A stretch of DNA of 64,000 bases, from NCBI RefSeq assembly GCF_009914755.1, contig NC_060939.1, one strand, 5' to 3'. Under the pieces are notes generated by a model. It did not search any database. It saw nothing but the letters and a program-made list of their open reading frames with translations, and was not told the origin of the DNA. Source of the stretch: the human T2T-CHM13v2.0 reference genome, Homo sapiens. The number at the start of each line of letters is the position of its first letter. Positions within the stretch are counted from its first letter, which is position 1. Made by a program: the position numbers and the translations under genes. Shown in pieces: positions 19,291 to 33,830 of the stretch.

Positions 19291-19412
19291 CTGTAGCTTA
19301 ATTAAACTAATTAATTTATCCATTAATCCTGTGTGTTTATCTTTAGCAGTCTCTCCTATAGTTTGATGATCAATTTACCCTCCACCCTTCACAACTGCTA
19401 AAGCAAATGCCA

Positions 19413-19976
19413 TCTAATGGAGCCACTTGTCATTCTTTTGGCCGCCAGGATCTGAATCCCCTTCCTAATCCTTAGCATCCCTCACCTTATAAAACAGAGC
19501 CCCTCTCCTACTATCAAAGCAGAAAATTCTAGATACTTCTTTTCCAGCATCTCTTGCTCTAGACATCAGCACGTAAATGAGGCCACATTGATCATAAATA
19601 CTCACCCGCAGTATTTGAATCAAAAACTAGGGATGAGAATGAGGGATTATGCAGAATCCATTCTTAGTATTATGTGGTGGCAACTACAAACAGTTTATAA
19701 AAGGACAGAGGCAGTAGCAGTGTCCACTGCCCAGTGACAGTAACACTGACATGGATGGCACAAATTGCAGTGCTCATGTGTGCAGCAACAGCAGGTCTTC
19801 AGTCAGCTCTGCAATGTGAGGCCCTATACTAGCCTTCCTTCTAGTTTTTGAACACAGTCCCTGGGCGCTCCCAGAGAGGTTGTAAGCTGCCCAAAATACT
19901 TTCAATAAATTCCTTCTCTGCTTAAATTTGCCTAAGTCAGTTTCTGCAGCTTGCAACTAAGACCCTGATTGATACA
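19413..19976 (+). mobile_element. ERVL-type solo LTR (LTR33-like)
   Basis: 3' end AATAAATTCCTTCTCTGCTTAAA...GCTTGCAACTAAGACCCTGATTGATACA. Confidence 0.7.
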
Positions 19977-20222
19977 GCATCTTGGTCTCCCTTAGACTAA
20001 TTTTACATGTTTTGGCATTACATAATCTCATTAACTACAAGTTTCCTCAAAGCACACATGGGATCCTAGTAAGGAGATGTGTTTAGGAAAAATATAACAA
20101 TATTAACACTTTGCATTGTATAGATCTTAACTGAATCTGAAAAGAATGAAAAATAGAAAACATGGTATATATAAAAGAACATACTTGTTTATAAGTGAAT
20201 ATATATTGTATATGTGTATATA

Positions 20223-20556
20223 CAGTCATGCATCACATAACAATAGGGATACATTTTGAGAAATGCATCATTAAATTTGTCATTGTGCAAACATCAGAGA
20301 ATGTACTAACAAACCGAGATGGCATGGCCTACCTAGGCTACATGGTGTAGCCTATTGTTTCTAGGCTACAAGCCTGTTCAGCATGTTACTGTACTGAATA
20401 CTGCAGGCAACTATAACACAATGGTAAGTATTTGTGTTTCTGAACATATATAACATAGAATAGGTATGGTAAAAGTATGGTATTAAAATTTTATGGGACC
20501 ACTGTCGTATATGTGGTCCATGATTGACCAAAACATCATTATGCAGTGCATGACTG
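20223..20556. mobile_element. Tigger3a (MER7A) Tc1/mariner MITE
   Basis: TIRs CAGTCATGCATCACATAA / TTATGCAGTGCATGACTG with TA TSDs. Confidence 0.9.
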
Positions 20557-20586
20557 TATATGCATATATATTAACACATATTTGTA

Positions 20587-21117
<531 letters not shown>

Positions 21118-21139
21118 GAGACTGTTTCTTTAAAAAAAA

Positions 21140-21140
<1 letters not shown>

Positions 21141-21173
<33 letters not shown>

Positions 21174-21220
21174 GAATATGCACGCGTGCACACACATGCA
21201 CACACATATATATGTATATC
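21141..21220. repeat. (TA)n(CA)n compound microsatellite
   Basis: Seen directly. Confidence 0.95.
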
Positions 21221-21292
21221 TGTTGTTCTTTATAATGAAGTTTGGTTATATTTAATTATATTTTAAAAATCTGTTAAAAGATAACTACTTTT

Positions 21293-21627
<335 letters not shown>

Positions 21628-21669
21628 CTAATTAGGTGTCAAAACAAAACAAACAAACAAAAAAAACCC

Positions 21670-21890
21670 ACAGGCTTTGGGGTCAGAAAAAACTGAGTTT
21701 AAACTGCTGTTCACTACTTACTTGCTGGGAAACCTTGGAGAAGTTTCTTAAATTATCTAAGCCTCAATTCTCTCATTGGAAAAATAAGGATAATAACACC
21801 CATTCTATAAGGCTATCTGTAGGGTGAGAGATAATATACATAAAAGAGCTTGCCCAGTATCTGACATGTATTAGATGCTCAATAAACTTT
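21670..21890 (+). mobile_element. MIR
   Basis: Core ACCTTGGAGAAGTTTCTTAAATTATCTAAGCCTCAATTCTCTCATT; ends GCTCAATAAA. Confidence 0.85.
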
Positions 21891-21982
21891 GAAAGTCCAG
21901 CCCTCACAATCTGCCTATCCCTCAATGCCAAACCAAACTAATCTTCTCCAGGGATTATTTTCTTCCAAAGGAAGATAAAATT

Positions 21983-22280
21983 GGCTGGACGCCAGGGTTC
22001 ACACCTGGAATCCCAGCATTTTGGGAGGCCGAGGTGGGCCTATTGCTTGAGCTCAGGAGTTTATATCAGCCTGGGAAACATGGCGAAGCCCCTTCTCCAC
22101 AAAAAATACAAAAAATTAGCCAGGAGTGCTGGCATGCACCTGTGGTCCCAGAGGGAGGCTGAAGTGGGAGGTTTGCTTGAGCTCCAGAGGTGGAAGTTGC
22201 AGTGAGCCAAGACCGTGCCATTGCACTCCAGCCTGTATGACAAATTGAGACCTTGTTTCGGGAAAGAAAAAAAAAAAAAA
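21983..22280 (+). mobile_element. AluJb
   Basis: TSD AAG(A/G)TAAAATT. Confidence 0.94.
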
Positions 22281-22800
22281 AAGGTAAAATTCACTCCCAG
22301 ACACCCACCCAATTCAACCAAATGCACTGAAACACCATGCATCTTATGTTTAGCACACCTGTTACCTACTGTCTTCCCTATATTTCTAGGACACTGTCTT
22401 TCTTCTATTTCTAGGTTTTCTCAGTACCTCCTATACATGAATTGCTGTCCATATAGCCATGAAGGCATGCATTAAGTTGTTAAATTGCATTTTATTAACA
22501 TCATTGCCCTACTAAAAAAAGGTCAAGCTTAAAGCTACTTGGTTACCTAAGAACAGGTCTACGTTTCTCCCAACTTACTGAACAGAGCTGGAGTGAATTG
22601 TGTGTGCTTGAGCTTCTGTGTATGTGGAATGGGTGGAGGGAGGGAGGGGTAGGGAAGGCAAACAACAAAGAGGAAATGAAACACGCACCAATAGGACCCG
22701 CAAGCCCTCCATACCAGTGTATTACACAAGATACTAGAGGGGCTTCAGAGATTAACTGGTTCAACCACCTAGTTTTAGAGATATAAAACATGAGAAGCAC

Positions 22801-23358
22801 CTTTTAAAATACTGAATGATATGCCACTGTACATAGATGCCACAAGTTGTTCATCCATTTATTTCTCTATGGACACTTGAGTTTGCTTTCACCTTTTGGC
22901 AATTGTGAATAATGCTCTGCTATAAAGTTGGATGTACAAATATCTGTTCCAGTCCCTGCTTTCAATTCTTTGGGCTATATAATAAGTGGAATTCTCGAAA
23001 TACATAATTCTATTTTTAATTTTTATTGAACCTTGAAGACATTATGCTAAGTGAATAAACCAGTCACAAAAACAGACAAATGCTATATGATTCTGCTTAT
23101 ATGAGTTACCTAGAGTAGTCAGAATCATAGAGACAGAAAGTAACATGGTGGTTGCCAGGGGTGGTGGAGAGAAGACAATGGCAAGTTATTGTTTAATGGG
23201 TATAGAATTTCAGTTTAGGAAAATGAAAAAAACTCTGGATATGGATGATGATGATGATGGTTGCATAGCAGTGTGAATACACCTAATACCACTCAACTGT
23301 ACACTTAAAGATGATTAAAGTGGTAAATCTTATGTATATTTTAACACAATTTTTAAAA
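22801..23358 (+). mobile_element. L1MB 3' end with inverted 5' part (- 22801-23026, + 23027-23358)
   Basis: Orientation switch at TTTTTAT|TGAACCTTGAAGACATTATGCTAAGTG. Confidence 0.85.
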
Positions 23359-24239
23359 TGTATTCATCTAGTTTTTAAAAAGGGGTGTGGGGGGGAAGGG
23401 GGTGTACACAAATTGGTTAACAGGCTTTCCAATGTCAAACAATGAGTGGTAGAACAAGGATTACAACCAAGTTCTTCTACCTGACGGCCCACAGCTTTTT
23501 CTACCAAACCACGAATGAAAAGAAAAATAATTATAGACTTGGAATGCCTCCTCATACTAGCATCTGGACCACATCTTGTCCAATATGATAATATCTCAAA
23601 TATCAGCAGGATAGACCCTGCTCGCCCAACTCCAGTTGTTTTCTGACACCTACTAGGCACCAAGTTAACTGGGCCTCTCCTTACAGCCGAGACCTCAAAT
23701 GATGGGACACAGAGGCTGTCCCTTTTCCTCTCTCTCAGGCAATGTTATGTCTCAAGGGCAGGAACCTGAGGTCAGCTATGTTTTGCTCTGGGAATTTCAA
23801 GGAGTATCTCAGAGGAAAGGCTGGGGTATCAACATCAGTCATTTTGCTTCCACATGGGATTATGCTTTTTGAATGAGACATTGTTTCTAAGGGACATTGC
23901 CAGCCTTCTGTTCCATGTTTTTCACTGGTTTAAAAGATTTTTGTTGCTAAGTCAGCTCATCAGGAAGGAAGGAAATGTAGCCATATTTCAGGCCAGACTG
24001 TTGCAAAGTATTCATAATGTATCACAGCCTTGGAAGCTAGATTTCATGTTGCTATCTGCCTTTTATTCCCCTCACCTCTCCATTCTGACAACTGTAGACA
24101 AGTTAAAATTCAGCAGTATGTAAGAATCAGAGAACAGAGGTTGTTTCTCTAAAGTCCTAATAAACCTTGAAAACAATAAAGCACTAGAAATACCCCTGCT
24201 GTCCTAATCCACAAAATTCCCAGCACTAAAAAAAAAAAA

Positions 24240-24500
24240 AAAACTATATGGAGTAAAGATTTCAACATAAAAAAGTTAAGAGTGCTAGAAGAAAAAAATG
24301 GGTGAAATGTATTATCTTTTATAATCTTGGAGTGAAGAAGACCTTTATAAACACAATACAAAATGCATCTAACTACATAAAAATGTAAAGCATCTCTATG
24401 TCCAAAAATTTAGGAAAGTCAAAAGTCAAATGACAATGCAGGAGAAATACTTGCAACACATCAGATAAAAGGCTATTTTTCATTTACATTGTATATTTTA
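24240..24500 (+). mobile_element. Old L1M ORF2 3' fragment
   Basis: CTAGAAGAAAAAAATGGGTGAA...GTCAAAAGTCAAATGACAA. Confidence 0.65.
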
Positions 24501-24514
24501 CAAATCACTTATTA

Positions 24515-24955
24515 AAAAATTTGTATTGTGATAAGATATACATAAAATTTACGATTTTAGTCACTTCTAAGTATACAGTCCGGTGGCATTAAGTACATTC
24601 ACATTATTGTGTAACTATCACCACTATCTGTCCCTAGAACTCATTTATCATCCCAAACTAAAACTCCTTACCCATTACACATAACTCCCCATTCTCTCTC
24701 ACCCCGAACCCTGGCAACTACCATTCTATTTTCTGTCTCTGTGAATCTGACCATTCTGGGTGACTCATATAAGTAGAATCATACAGTATTTTTCTTTTTT
24801 TTCTGACTGGCTTATTTGTCTCAGCAAGGTTCATCCTTGTTGTCGCATGTTTCCGAATTTCCTTTCTGAAGTCTGAGTAATAATCCACTGTATCACATTT
24901 ATTCATTTATCCATGAATAAACACTTAGGTTGTTTTTACTTCTTTGCTATTGTGT
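24515..24955 (-). mobile_element. L1MB 3' end
   Basis: GGCATTAAGTACATTCACATTATTGTGTAACTATCACCAC...CCCTGGCAACTACCATTCTA. Confidence 0.85.
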
Positions 24956-26030
24956 ATAAATCAATATTTTAAAAAGACAAATAATTCAGTTAATGGAGAA
25001 ACTACAAGAGGGCTGGGGCTTGATTCATACAGAAGTCTGCAGGAGAAAAGACAAACCAGCAAAGACAGGAGCAGTCACCTGGGGTGGTCTAGAGCGACAA
25101 AGCTGGAGACCTGAGATCTGGGCAGTTTCCTTCACATGATTTTTGCTGAATTCTGAAGCTGCTTCAGAGATGCACTGAAGTGTTTCTGTACATTTTTAAT
25201 ACCCCCTGTAGTGGTTTTCTACCACTCTGAGCTGCCTGCCTGGGCTGTCCCTCAAACATCTCCCCAAGTACAAGTTGGTTTTTGTTTTGTTTTGGTGCTT
25301 GAGTTTCTTAGTGTTCTGGTTACAAAGAGGAATAAACTCTCAATAGCCAGCTTCTACCCTTATTTTTCCCTTAAGCCCTGTTATTTTAACATGTGATTTT
25401 GTAGAACCCAGGTTTCTCAGGAAAGCAAAAGCACCTTTACTTCCAACACCCAAGTGTGGCACAGGCTGGCAATTCAGAGAAAGAGACAAAAGTAAAATGT
25501 GCAGGGAGAAAAAACAAACAAACAAAAAAACCTAAGAGTTCTCATGGGAATAACCTATTTGCCCATTTGCAATTATAGAGTGATTTTATACTCTATAAAT
25601 GTACCAACAGTGACATGGGTTAATACTCATAACCAGCTCAAGATGTGAACAAAAAAGCAGGAATCTTTTATTCCAGGTAACAATAATGCTTGTAGTAAGG
25701 AAGAAAACTGTCATAACACAAAGGTGATGGCTTCTTAATTGCAGGCACTGTCAACACAATGTTCTTTGGAATTAGCAATTCAGCTTTCGAAGTAAAAGAA
25801 TCCTGGTTAGATGCTAAAGGTGTCAGCTCCATTCCTACCCCTACACCAAGCTACCAGTTAAAAAACCACCTAAGTATTTCACTTTTCAAATGTTTAAAAT
25901 CAAAACAATTTTGGAATGGCTACAATTATTGTAATTTTACAAGGTATAAATTTTATCAGGTATATAAAATTATAACTGCCACAACTTTGCATTTATGTAG
26001 CACCTTTTTTAAGCATTAAAAACATTTGCT

Positions 26031-26520
<490 letters not shown>

Positions 26521-28249
26521 TCACTAACAGGAAAGAAAAAAGGGAAACAAAAATAATACAAAGCAAACACATTTACCACATACTCAATACCTGCACAGCA
26601 TTGTGCCTGGTGCTGTTAAGAACTCAGGCCACAAAGGCAAAAGTGTGTGGAAGAAATTGGGACGTGAAGATAGCTGCGCCAGTATCTGTCATGTAATTAT
26701 CCTATAGCCAAAGTGATGCTATACAAGGTCTTCCTCTCTCACAAAGTACTAGTGGGAATTTGTGCTCTAGGATCTTAAAAAGTGACAGGGAGAGAGAATG
26801 CACCTCATAAAATGCCCAACTCACCCAATGGGCATTACTCATGATGCTAGAAGGAGATCTGTCTAATGGGACACATTGGTGAGGCTGGAATAACAGGAAC
26901 ATTCTGCAGATGGGCCAACGGACACTCTGGTAGGGACTGACCTGAAAAGAAATGGGAGTTTCCTGAGTCTAGCCAACAGTGATCATGGCAGCTCCCAACG
27001 GAGAGTTAAGGGGCATCCCAGTTCTACTGCCACTGCTGACTAGTTATCACTCAACTCTCCATTCATCCATTTTCCCATATACAAAATGGACAAATAATAT
27101 CTTAGGAGACGTCAAGATCATAAATATTCTCTATTCAACTGCTTTGGAAGAAAAACAGTTTTAAACCGATGAATCATTGTGACTCAACATTGGGTTGGGA
27201 GAGAAGCTAAAACAGTGAGGACAGTTCTAAAAAACTAAACTGCATAGAAGCCAACCCATTAAAATACCCTCTCAAAAATGTTCATCAAAGCAGAATAAAT
27301 GTTCCTTATTCCTCTCAAGACCAACTCCGGCACCACCACCTCTTCTCATCACTCACAGTATCAAAACCACCGCTGCCAATACCATATTAAGTAGGAGTCA
27401 AGCAAAACACATGGTTGAAACTTGTTCTACTGACCAGATACCACTGTGAAGGCAGCAGATCAAAGCTGGTGCCAGACACCCCTTGAGGAACAAAGGAGAA
27501 AGATATCCAGAGCACGCACAACAAAATCAAGGGCATCACTAGCTATTCTCATCTGTGTTTAGCTTTGTTCCCTGCCCCCCTCCTTTTTTGCTAACATACC
27601 TTTGAAGGATAAAATACTTTACATACCCTGTTCACATGGCATTATATACCTTTCTTTCACAGTAACTTAGAAATAATGCAATGCCCGGAAAAAGAGGTAT
27701 ACATCTTATTTAATACAGCAAATTGGGAAATAACTCTTCGTTAAAAGCACAAATTACATTTGATATGCTGGGCTCTCCCAGGGTCATGATATTTAAATAA
27801 GAATTTCTGAGCCACGAACTGAGACTGTTAAAAAGCAAAATACAATGGTTAATAATACAGAGCTCTAAACATAAAAGCATATATTATTTAAGCATTAAAA
27901 AGTCATTGTGTATATTTGTCTAACTGGCAATATAAAAAAACATAAAAATCTGATTTGTTATAAACTACACAGAAAATTGAAGTAGCAATTACAGGCTAGC
28001 AACTAGCTAATGACTTATACCGTTCCTTTGCTTCTGATAGAGAGGTGTTAGCATACAGAAGAACTTCCAGAGAGAGAAAGAAGAAGGTATGAACTGCAAG
28101 TCAGTTCACTATTTTTATGTTGGATCTCCCAATAACAGTATTTGAATAAGCAAGGAGAGAGGGAACCCCAGGCTTCAAGGAAGATTTGTGTCATCTATAT
28201 ATTCCCTGCATGATGTAAATTATCTATGGATCTTTGGAAACAGCATGAG

Positions 28250-28440
28250 GTAATAGAAATCAAAGAGATATGTTTAACTCAGCTTCACAACTTATTAACT
28301 CTGTGACCTTAGTAAAGTCAATTAATCTCAACTTTCTCATCTGTAAAATAAGATGTAACACTATCTACTTCATAGAACTGTTAAGTTTAAGGGAAAGAAC
28401 AAACGTATGTTCTTTAGAAGAGGCATAAATATTAGTGCTC
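28250..28440 (+). mobile_element. MIR
   Basis: CTCTGTGACCTTAGTAAAGTCA...TTTCTCATCTGTAAAAT. Confidence 0.75.
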
Positions 28441-29071
28441 CCTACACGTTGGCTGCCTACTGACTATTTGCAATGATGACAGACCACAGTTGGAAGGCAT
28501 CCTATGCAATATGGAGTGTCTGCTTAATATTAAAAAATTATCAGTTATGGAACATTTAAACATGGAGACAAGTTCTAAGAGGAAAGAGTATGAAATAACC
28601 TCAACTATGTAAAATATTTATAGAAAATCTAATTAATTATCTAAATGAGGTTCCTCATAAAGTTACTACCTATAATGTTAAGGACAATTCTTGGTCAAAG
28701 GGCAAAGTACAATACAAAACATCACCAAGCATGGATTTCCATCAATGTGTAACTTAATCCCTCTCAAAGAGGATACTTCAGTTGAGGTTCTGCCCAACTG
28801 AAATGCTGAGCTGTTCTAATCTTAGCTCTGTATGTTCTCTTTTTAGGGATGAGCTTGTCTTTCACTGCTAATTGAACAAATCAATTGTCACAAGACTGGT
28901 GACATATGACACTCATGCCCATTACACTCCCATTGGTGGCAAAAGGAAAAAACTGAGTCCCTATAAGCCAGTAACTAAAATCCACATTTGGCTAGAATTT
29001 TCATTAGTAAATCTAATCCAACACTTATAAACTGGCTATGTTGTTTAAAGATTATCATGTAAAAGGCATAA

Positions 29072-29368
<297 letters not shown>

Positions 29369-29949
29369 GGCATAATTTTTTAAAAAAAGAATGCAGAGGA
29401 ATTGTATTCAATTAAGAGGCTTTAACTCAAACCCCGTGACCATGCCTACGTTCAAACAAGGGCTGAAACCAAATGTTAAACTTTTAAACTAATTGGTATT
29501 AAAAGGAGTAGATATATACATACAGGTCCAAATAATACAAATTCTCAACATTAAAATTCCTCTATTAATGAGGAGGATAATAGAGACAACCAAAACATCA
29601 TTAATTTGGGACTGGGGAGCTCATTACAGAACATAAGGGGCTTTGAGCAGATTTACATTCCTAATTATGTTTTGCTTCATCTAATATTAAAATTACCTTG
29701 CAGTATTTCCTAAGACCCATGGTGAGGGTGACTAGCATCCGGGCTGAGTGTAGCAAGTACAGTGAGCCTAGGATGAGATCTAATGCCAGTAACTCATACA
29801 AATTACCTTAAGTCATTGAAGTTTGTACATTTCCTGTAAAACTGAAAACCAGCCCTCTGAGTCATAATCAAATGATAAAGAATATAACTAGTCTTAGGAT
29901 ATTTAATATTTTTCCCATAAAGTCAAGAGCAAGGTAAGAATGTCCTCTC

Positions 29950-31280
29950 CCACCACTTCTCATTATACAAGAATACAAAAGTAGCCTTGAACCAATGAAA
30001 AGACCATTCCTTATTCTTGGTTAAGGATATCTCAACAATATCAATGGATATAACCAGGCGGAAACTCAGATCTACAGAAATCCATGAAAAGGGCTGAAAA
30101 TGGGAAATATGTGGATATAAAATATCATTGTTCTTCCATAATTTCTTTAAAAGACAACTGATCATGTAAGCAAAAATAACAACATTGTAAAGTCAGGTTC
30201 ACAGCATACGTAGAAGTTAACAATAGCACAAAGAGCAGGGAGGAGCAGATGAATAGAATTATACCCATAGAAGGTGCTTACATTTGAGGAATGGGAGGAG
30301 TGGAATGTCAGTTCTGTTAATGTATAAATTTAATATAACCCCCCCCAATAGCTATGAGCTCTTTTACAGTGGTTTTATAGTTTTTCTTTATAAAGTTTGA
30401 ATGTAAAAATAAACATACAGTAGCAGCTAGGAACACACTGAAAAGGAAGAGCCATGAGAAATACTAAAACACATTAAAAGCCTGTGATTAAAACAGTGTG
30501 TAGCACGTATGCGCACAGATGCCAAAGAAGTAAGTCCAGAAATAGACCTGTACCTAACCTATGATAAAAGTACATCTCAAATCACAAAGATGACCTTTTT
30601 AATACATAGGACTGGTACAACCGTATAGCAATTTGGAGAAAGATAAAATTGGACCCATTCCTCACACAATACAGAGGAATAAACTCCAAATGCCTCCAGG
30701 ATCTAAATATAAAATATGAAGCTCAAGTACTAGAAGAAAATATAAATTCCTTTTTAACAGGCATATAGGGAAACCATACTAGATGAGTTATAGGATTGAA
30801 CACACACTTGAATGCATTGATACTGCTGAGTGACAAGGTTCTCATCATGAAAGGGATATACAAACATGGAGCAGGAGAAGGCAAGAAAGATCCCTGTGGG
30901 GATGGACGAGAACTAGAAATACTGGTATGAACTCATGATTTTTTTTTAAAAGTGTAGGTAGAGATACATGTATGCATGCATGTAGTTCATATCAGTATAT
31001 GTACATATATGTACACATAAATGTATTCCTTAGCTCTCACCATCTAGCAAAGGCACCTCATGTGCAATGCTCACACCTAGAACCTGTATCTTGGTCTTTA
31101 AAACCATTTGCACTAAAAGGAACCAGGATTCCTGAGAGAAATGACTGATTTCAGGGTTGGGAAACAGCAGGGACAAGATGCATACCAGAAAGAAAGTACC
31201 CTCAAAAAATGATGGGGAACATGTCACAAATATACAGCAGTAGTTAAAAAGGGCTTCCAACTGGCCAAGTCTGGGGCAAT
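29950..31280 (+). mobile_element. Old L1M fragments, ending in an L1MC/MD 3' end
   Basis: CACTAAAAGGAACCAGGATTCCTGAGAGAAATGACTGATTTCAGGG...CTGGCCAAGTCTGGGGCAATTTGA. Confidence 0.75.
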
Positions 31281-32937
31281 TTGATATGTGTTTTAAGTAT
31301 AAAATACTTAAGAGGGGAGATGGGGGAAAATGGTAGATAGGAGGCAGGACTAACTTGCAGCTCCCACTCAGAGCAGCATGTGGAGACTCACATCGTGAAC
31401 TTTTGCTCCAAGAACTACTGCAGGAACATATAAGGAAAACCAAGATAATCCACAGACTCTTTGAAGGAAGCAAGCGCATTGCTCCTGTAGGCCACAGGAG
31501 ACAACCAAAAAACTGTTGCGTGCCCAGAGTGTGAAAGTGTGAAAGGGGGATCATCCACCCCCAAGCACACACCCTCACTGGGGAACATGAAGGTCCAGAT
31601 CACAAGAGAAGAATATGACTTACCTGGAGCTGAGACAAATTTAGAGAGTCAAGTGAAATACAGGAGTAGAAGAAGCAGCGGGAAGAGCCCTGTGGGCTCT
31701 TGGTCCCCAGGAAAGCCATTTCTGACTGTCTCACAGAGGTCCTTGGGGAGGGCTACCAGAGGAACTGGGAAAAGACCACAAGGAGAAGGGAACTTCCAGC
31801 TGAGCTTTGTAACAATTTCGATAGAACTCAAAGTTTTCCTGGACAGAACTCGGGAGAGGGGATGAATCAGGAGTGCAGACACAGCACAGAAGCCACAGCA
31901 GGTGGGGAGGCCTGAAACCTGAAAGCCCTGTTTGGTTTCTCAGCCAAGAGGCTGGTAGCCTGGGGTAGGTTCTCAGCCCTGTTCACCCGCGGCCTGGAAA
32001 TAAACTCCGTGCTGTTGGAGAAGCATGGTGGGAATGAGACTGGCCTTTTGGGCAGCGTGGGAGCTGGGTAAGGGCTTGCTTTACCCCACCTTCCTGGTGA
32101 CCTGCATGACACAGCTGAAGCAGCCATAATTCTCCTGGGAACATAACTCCACTGGCCTGAGAGCCACACCTCCACCCCCACAGCAGCCGCAGCAAGCCCC
32201 ACCCACGGAGAGTCTGAGCTCAGACACGCCCAACCCTGCTCCCATCTGATGGTTTTTCTCTACCTGCCCTCGTAGCCCAAGACAAAGGACATAATCTCCT
32301 GGGAGCTCCAGGGTCCCACCCACCACCTGATCCTCCCTATACTACCACAGCTGATGCCCTCTTGAAAGCACCACCTCCTGGCAAGAGGCCAACCAACACA
32401 AAACTTGTGCAATAAACAAAACTACAACTAAGGACCCTCACAGAGTCCATTTCACTCCTCTGCCACCTCTACTGGAGCAAGTGCTGGTATCTACAGCTAA
32501 GTGACCTGAAGACAGATCACATAACAGGACTCTGTGCAGACACCCCCCAGTACCAGCCCAGAGCCCAGAAACTCCGCTGGGTGGCTAGAGTGGGGAAAAT
32601 CTTCGCAATCTATGCATCTGACAAAAGGACTAATAACTGGAATTTACAAGAAACTTAAATCAGCAGGAAAAAAAACAAAGAATCCCATCAAAAAGTGGGC
32701 TAAGGACATGAATAGACAATTTTCAAAAGAAGATATACAAATGGCCAAAACACATATGAAAAAATGCTCAACATCACTAATGATCAGGGAAATGCAAATC
32801 AAAACCACAATGCAATACTACATTACTCCTGCAAGAACGGCCATAATAAAAAAATAATAATAATAAATGTTGGCATGGATGTGGTGAAAAGGGAACACTT
32901 TTACACTGCTGGTGTGAATGTAAACTAGTACAACCAT

Positions 32938-33315
32938 CGTTATTAGTCTGTTCTCATGCTGCTATAAAAAACTGGTGAGACTGGGTAATTTAGAAAAAAA
33001 AAAAGAGGTTTAATTGACTCACAGTTCCATAGGGTTGGGGAGGCCTCAGGAAACTTACAAACATGGTGGAAGGGGAAGCAAACACACCCTTCTTCACATC
33101 GCAGCAGCAAGCAGTGCCCAACACAAAGGGGAAAAGCCCCTTATAAAACCATCAGATCTCATGAGAACTCACTGTCATGAGAACAGCATGTGGGTAACTG
33201 CCCCCATGATTAGATTAGCTCCCACTGGGTCTCTCCCACAACCCACAACACATGGGGCTTATGGGAACTACAATTCAAGATGAGATTTGGGTGGGGACAC
33301 AGTCAAACCATATCA
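32938..33315 (-). mobile_element. THE1C solo LTR inserted in L1PB
   Basis: Ends GAGATTTGGGTGGGGACACAGTCAAACCATATCA; TSD ACCAT/ACCAC. Confidence 0.94.
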
Positions 33316-33527
33316 ACCACTATGGAAAACAGTGTGGAGATTCCTTAAAGAACTCAAAGCAGAACTACCATTTGATCTAGCAATCCCACTCCTGGGTATC
33401 TACCCAGAGGAAAAGTAATCATACAAAAAAGATACTTGCACATACGTTTATAGCAGCACAATTTGCAATACAAAAATATGGAACCAGCCTAAATGCCCAT
33501 CAATTAATGAATGGATAAAGAAAATGT

Positions 33528-33528
<1 letters not shown>

Positions 33529-33561
<33 letters not shown>

Positions 33562-33830
33562 CACACACACACACACACCATGGAATACTACTATATATAT
33601 ACACACACTATATATATACACACATATATACACACACACATATATATACACATACATCATGGGATACTACATATATATACACACACGGAATAATTCACAC
33701 ACATACGTGTATATATATATATATATCAATCACACATGTGTATGTATACACACACACACACAATGGAATACTACATATATATACACACATGGAATATACA
33801 TATATATACACACACACCATGGAATACTAC
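33529..33830. repeat. Complex (GT)/(TA)/(CA) repeat with reiterated ATGGAATACTAC motif
   Basis: Seen directly. Confidence 0.95.

Noticed and set aside
28021-28033. 13-nt minus-strand microexon-like signal (GCTAAC branch point, pyrimidine tract)
   Set aside because: Weak donor GTATAA and frame-shifting length; expected by chance
31030-32326. Longest ORFs in the track (182 aa, 111 aa, 108 aa)
   Set aside because: Lie in or across an L1M 3'UTR and an L1PB 5'UTR; no domain-like content; chance ORFs
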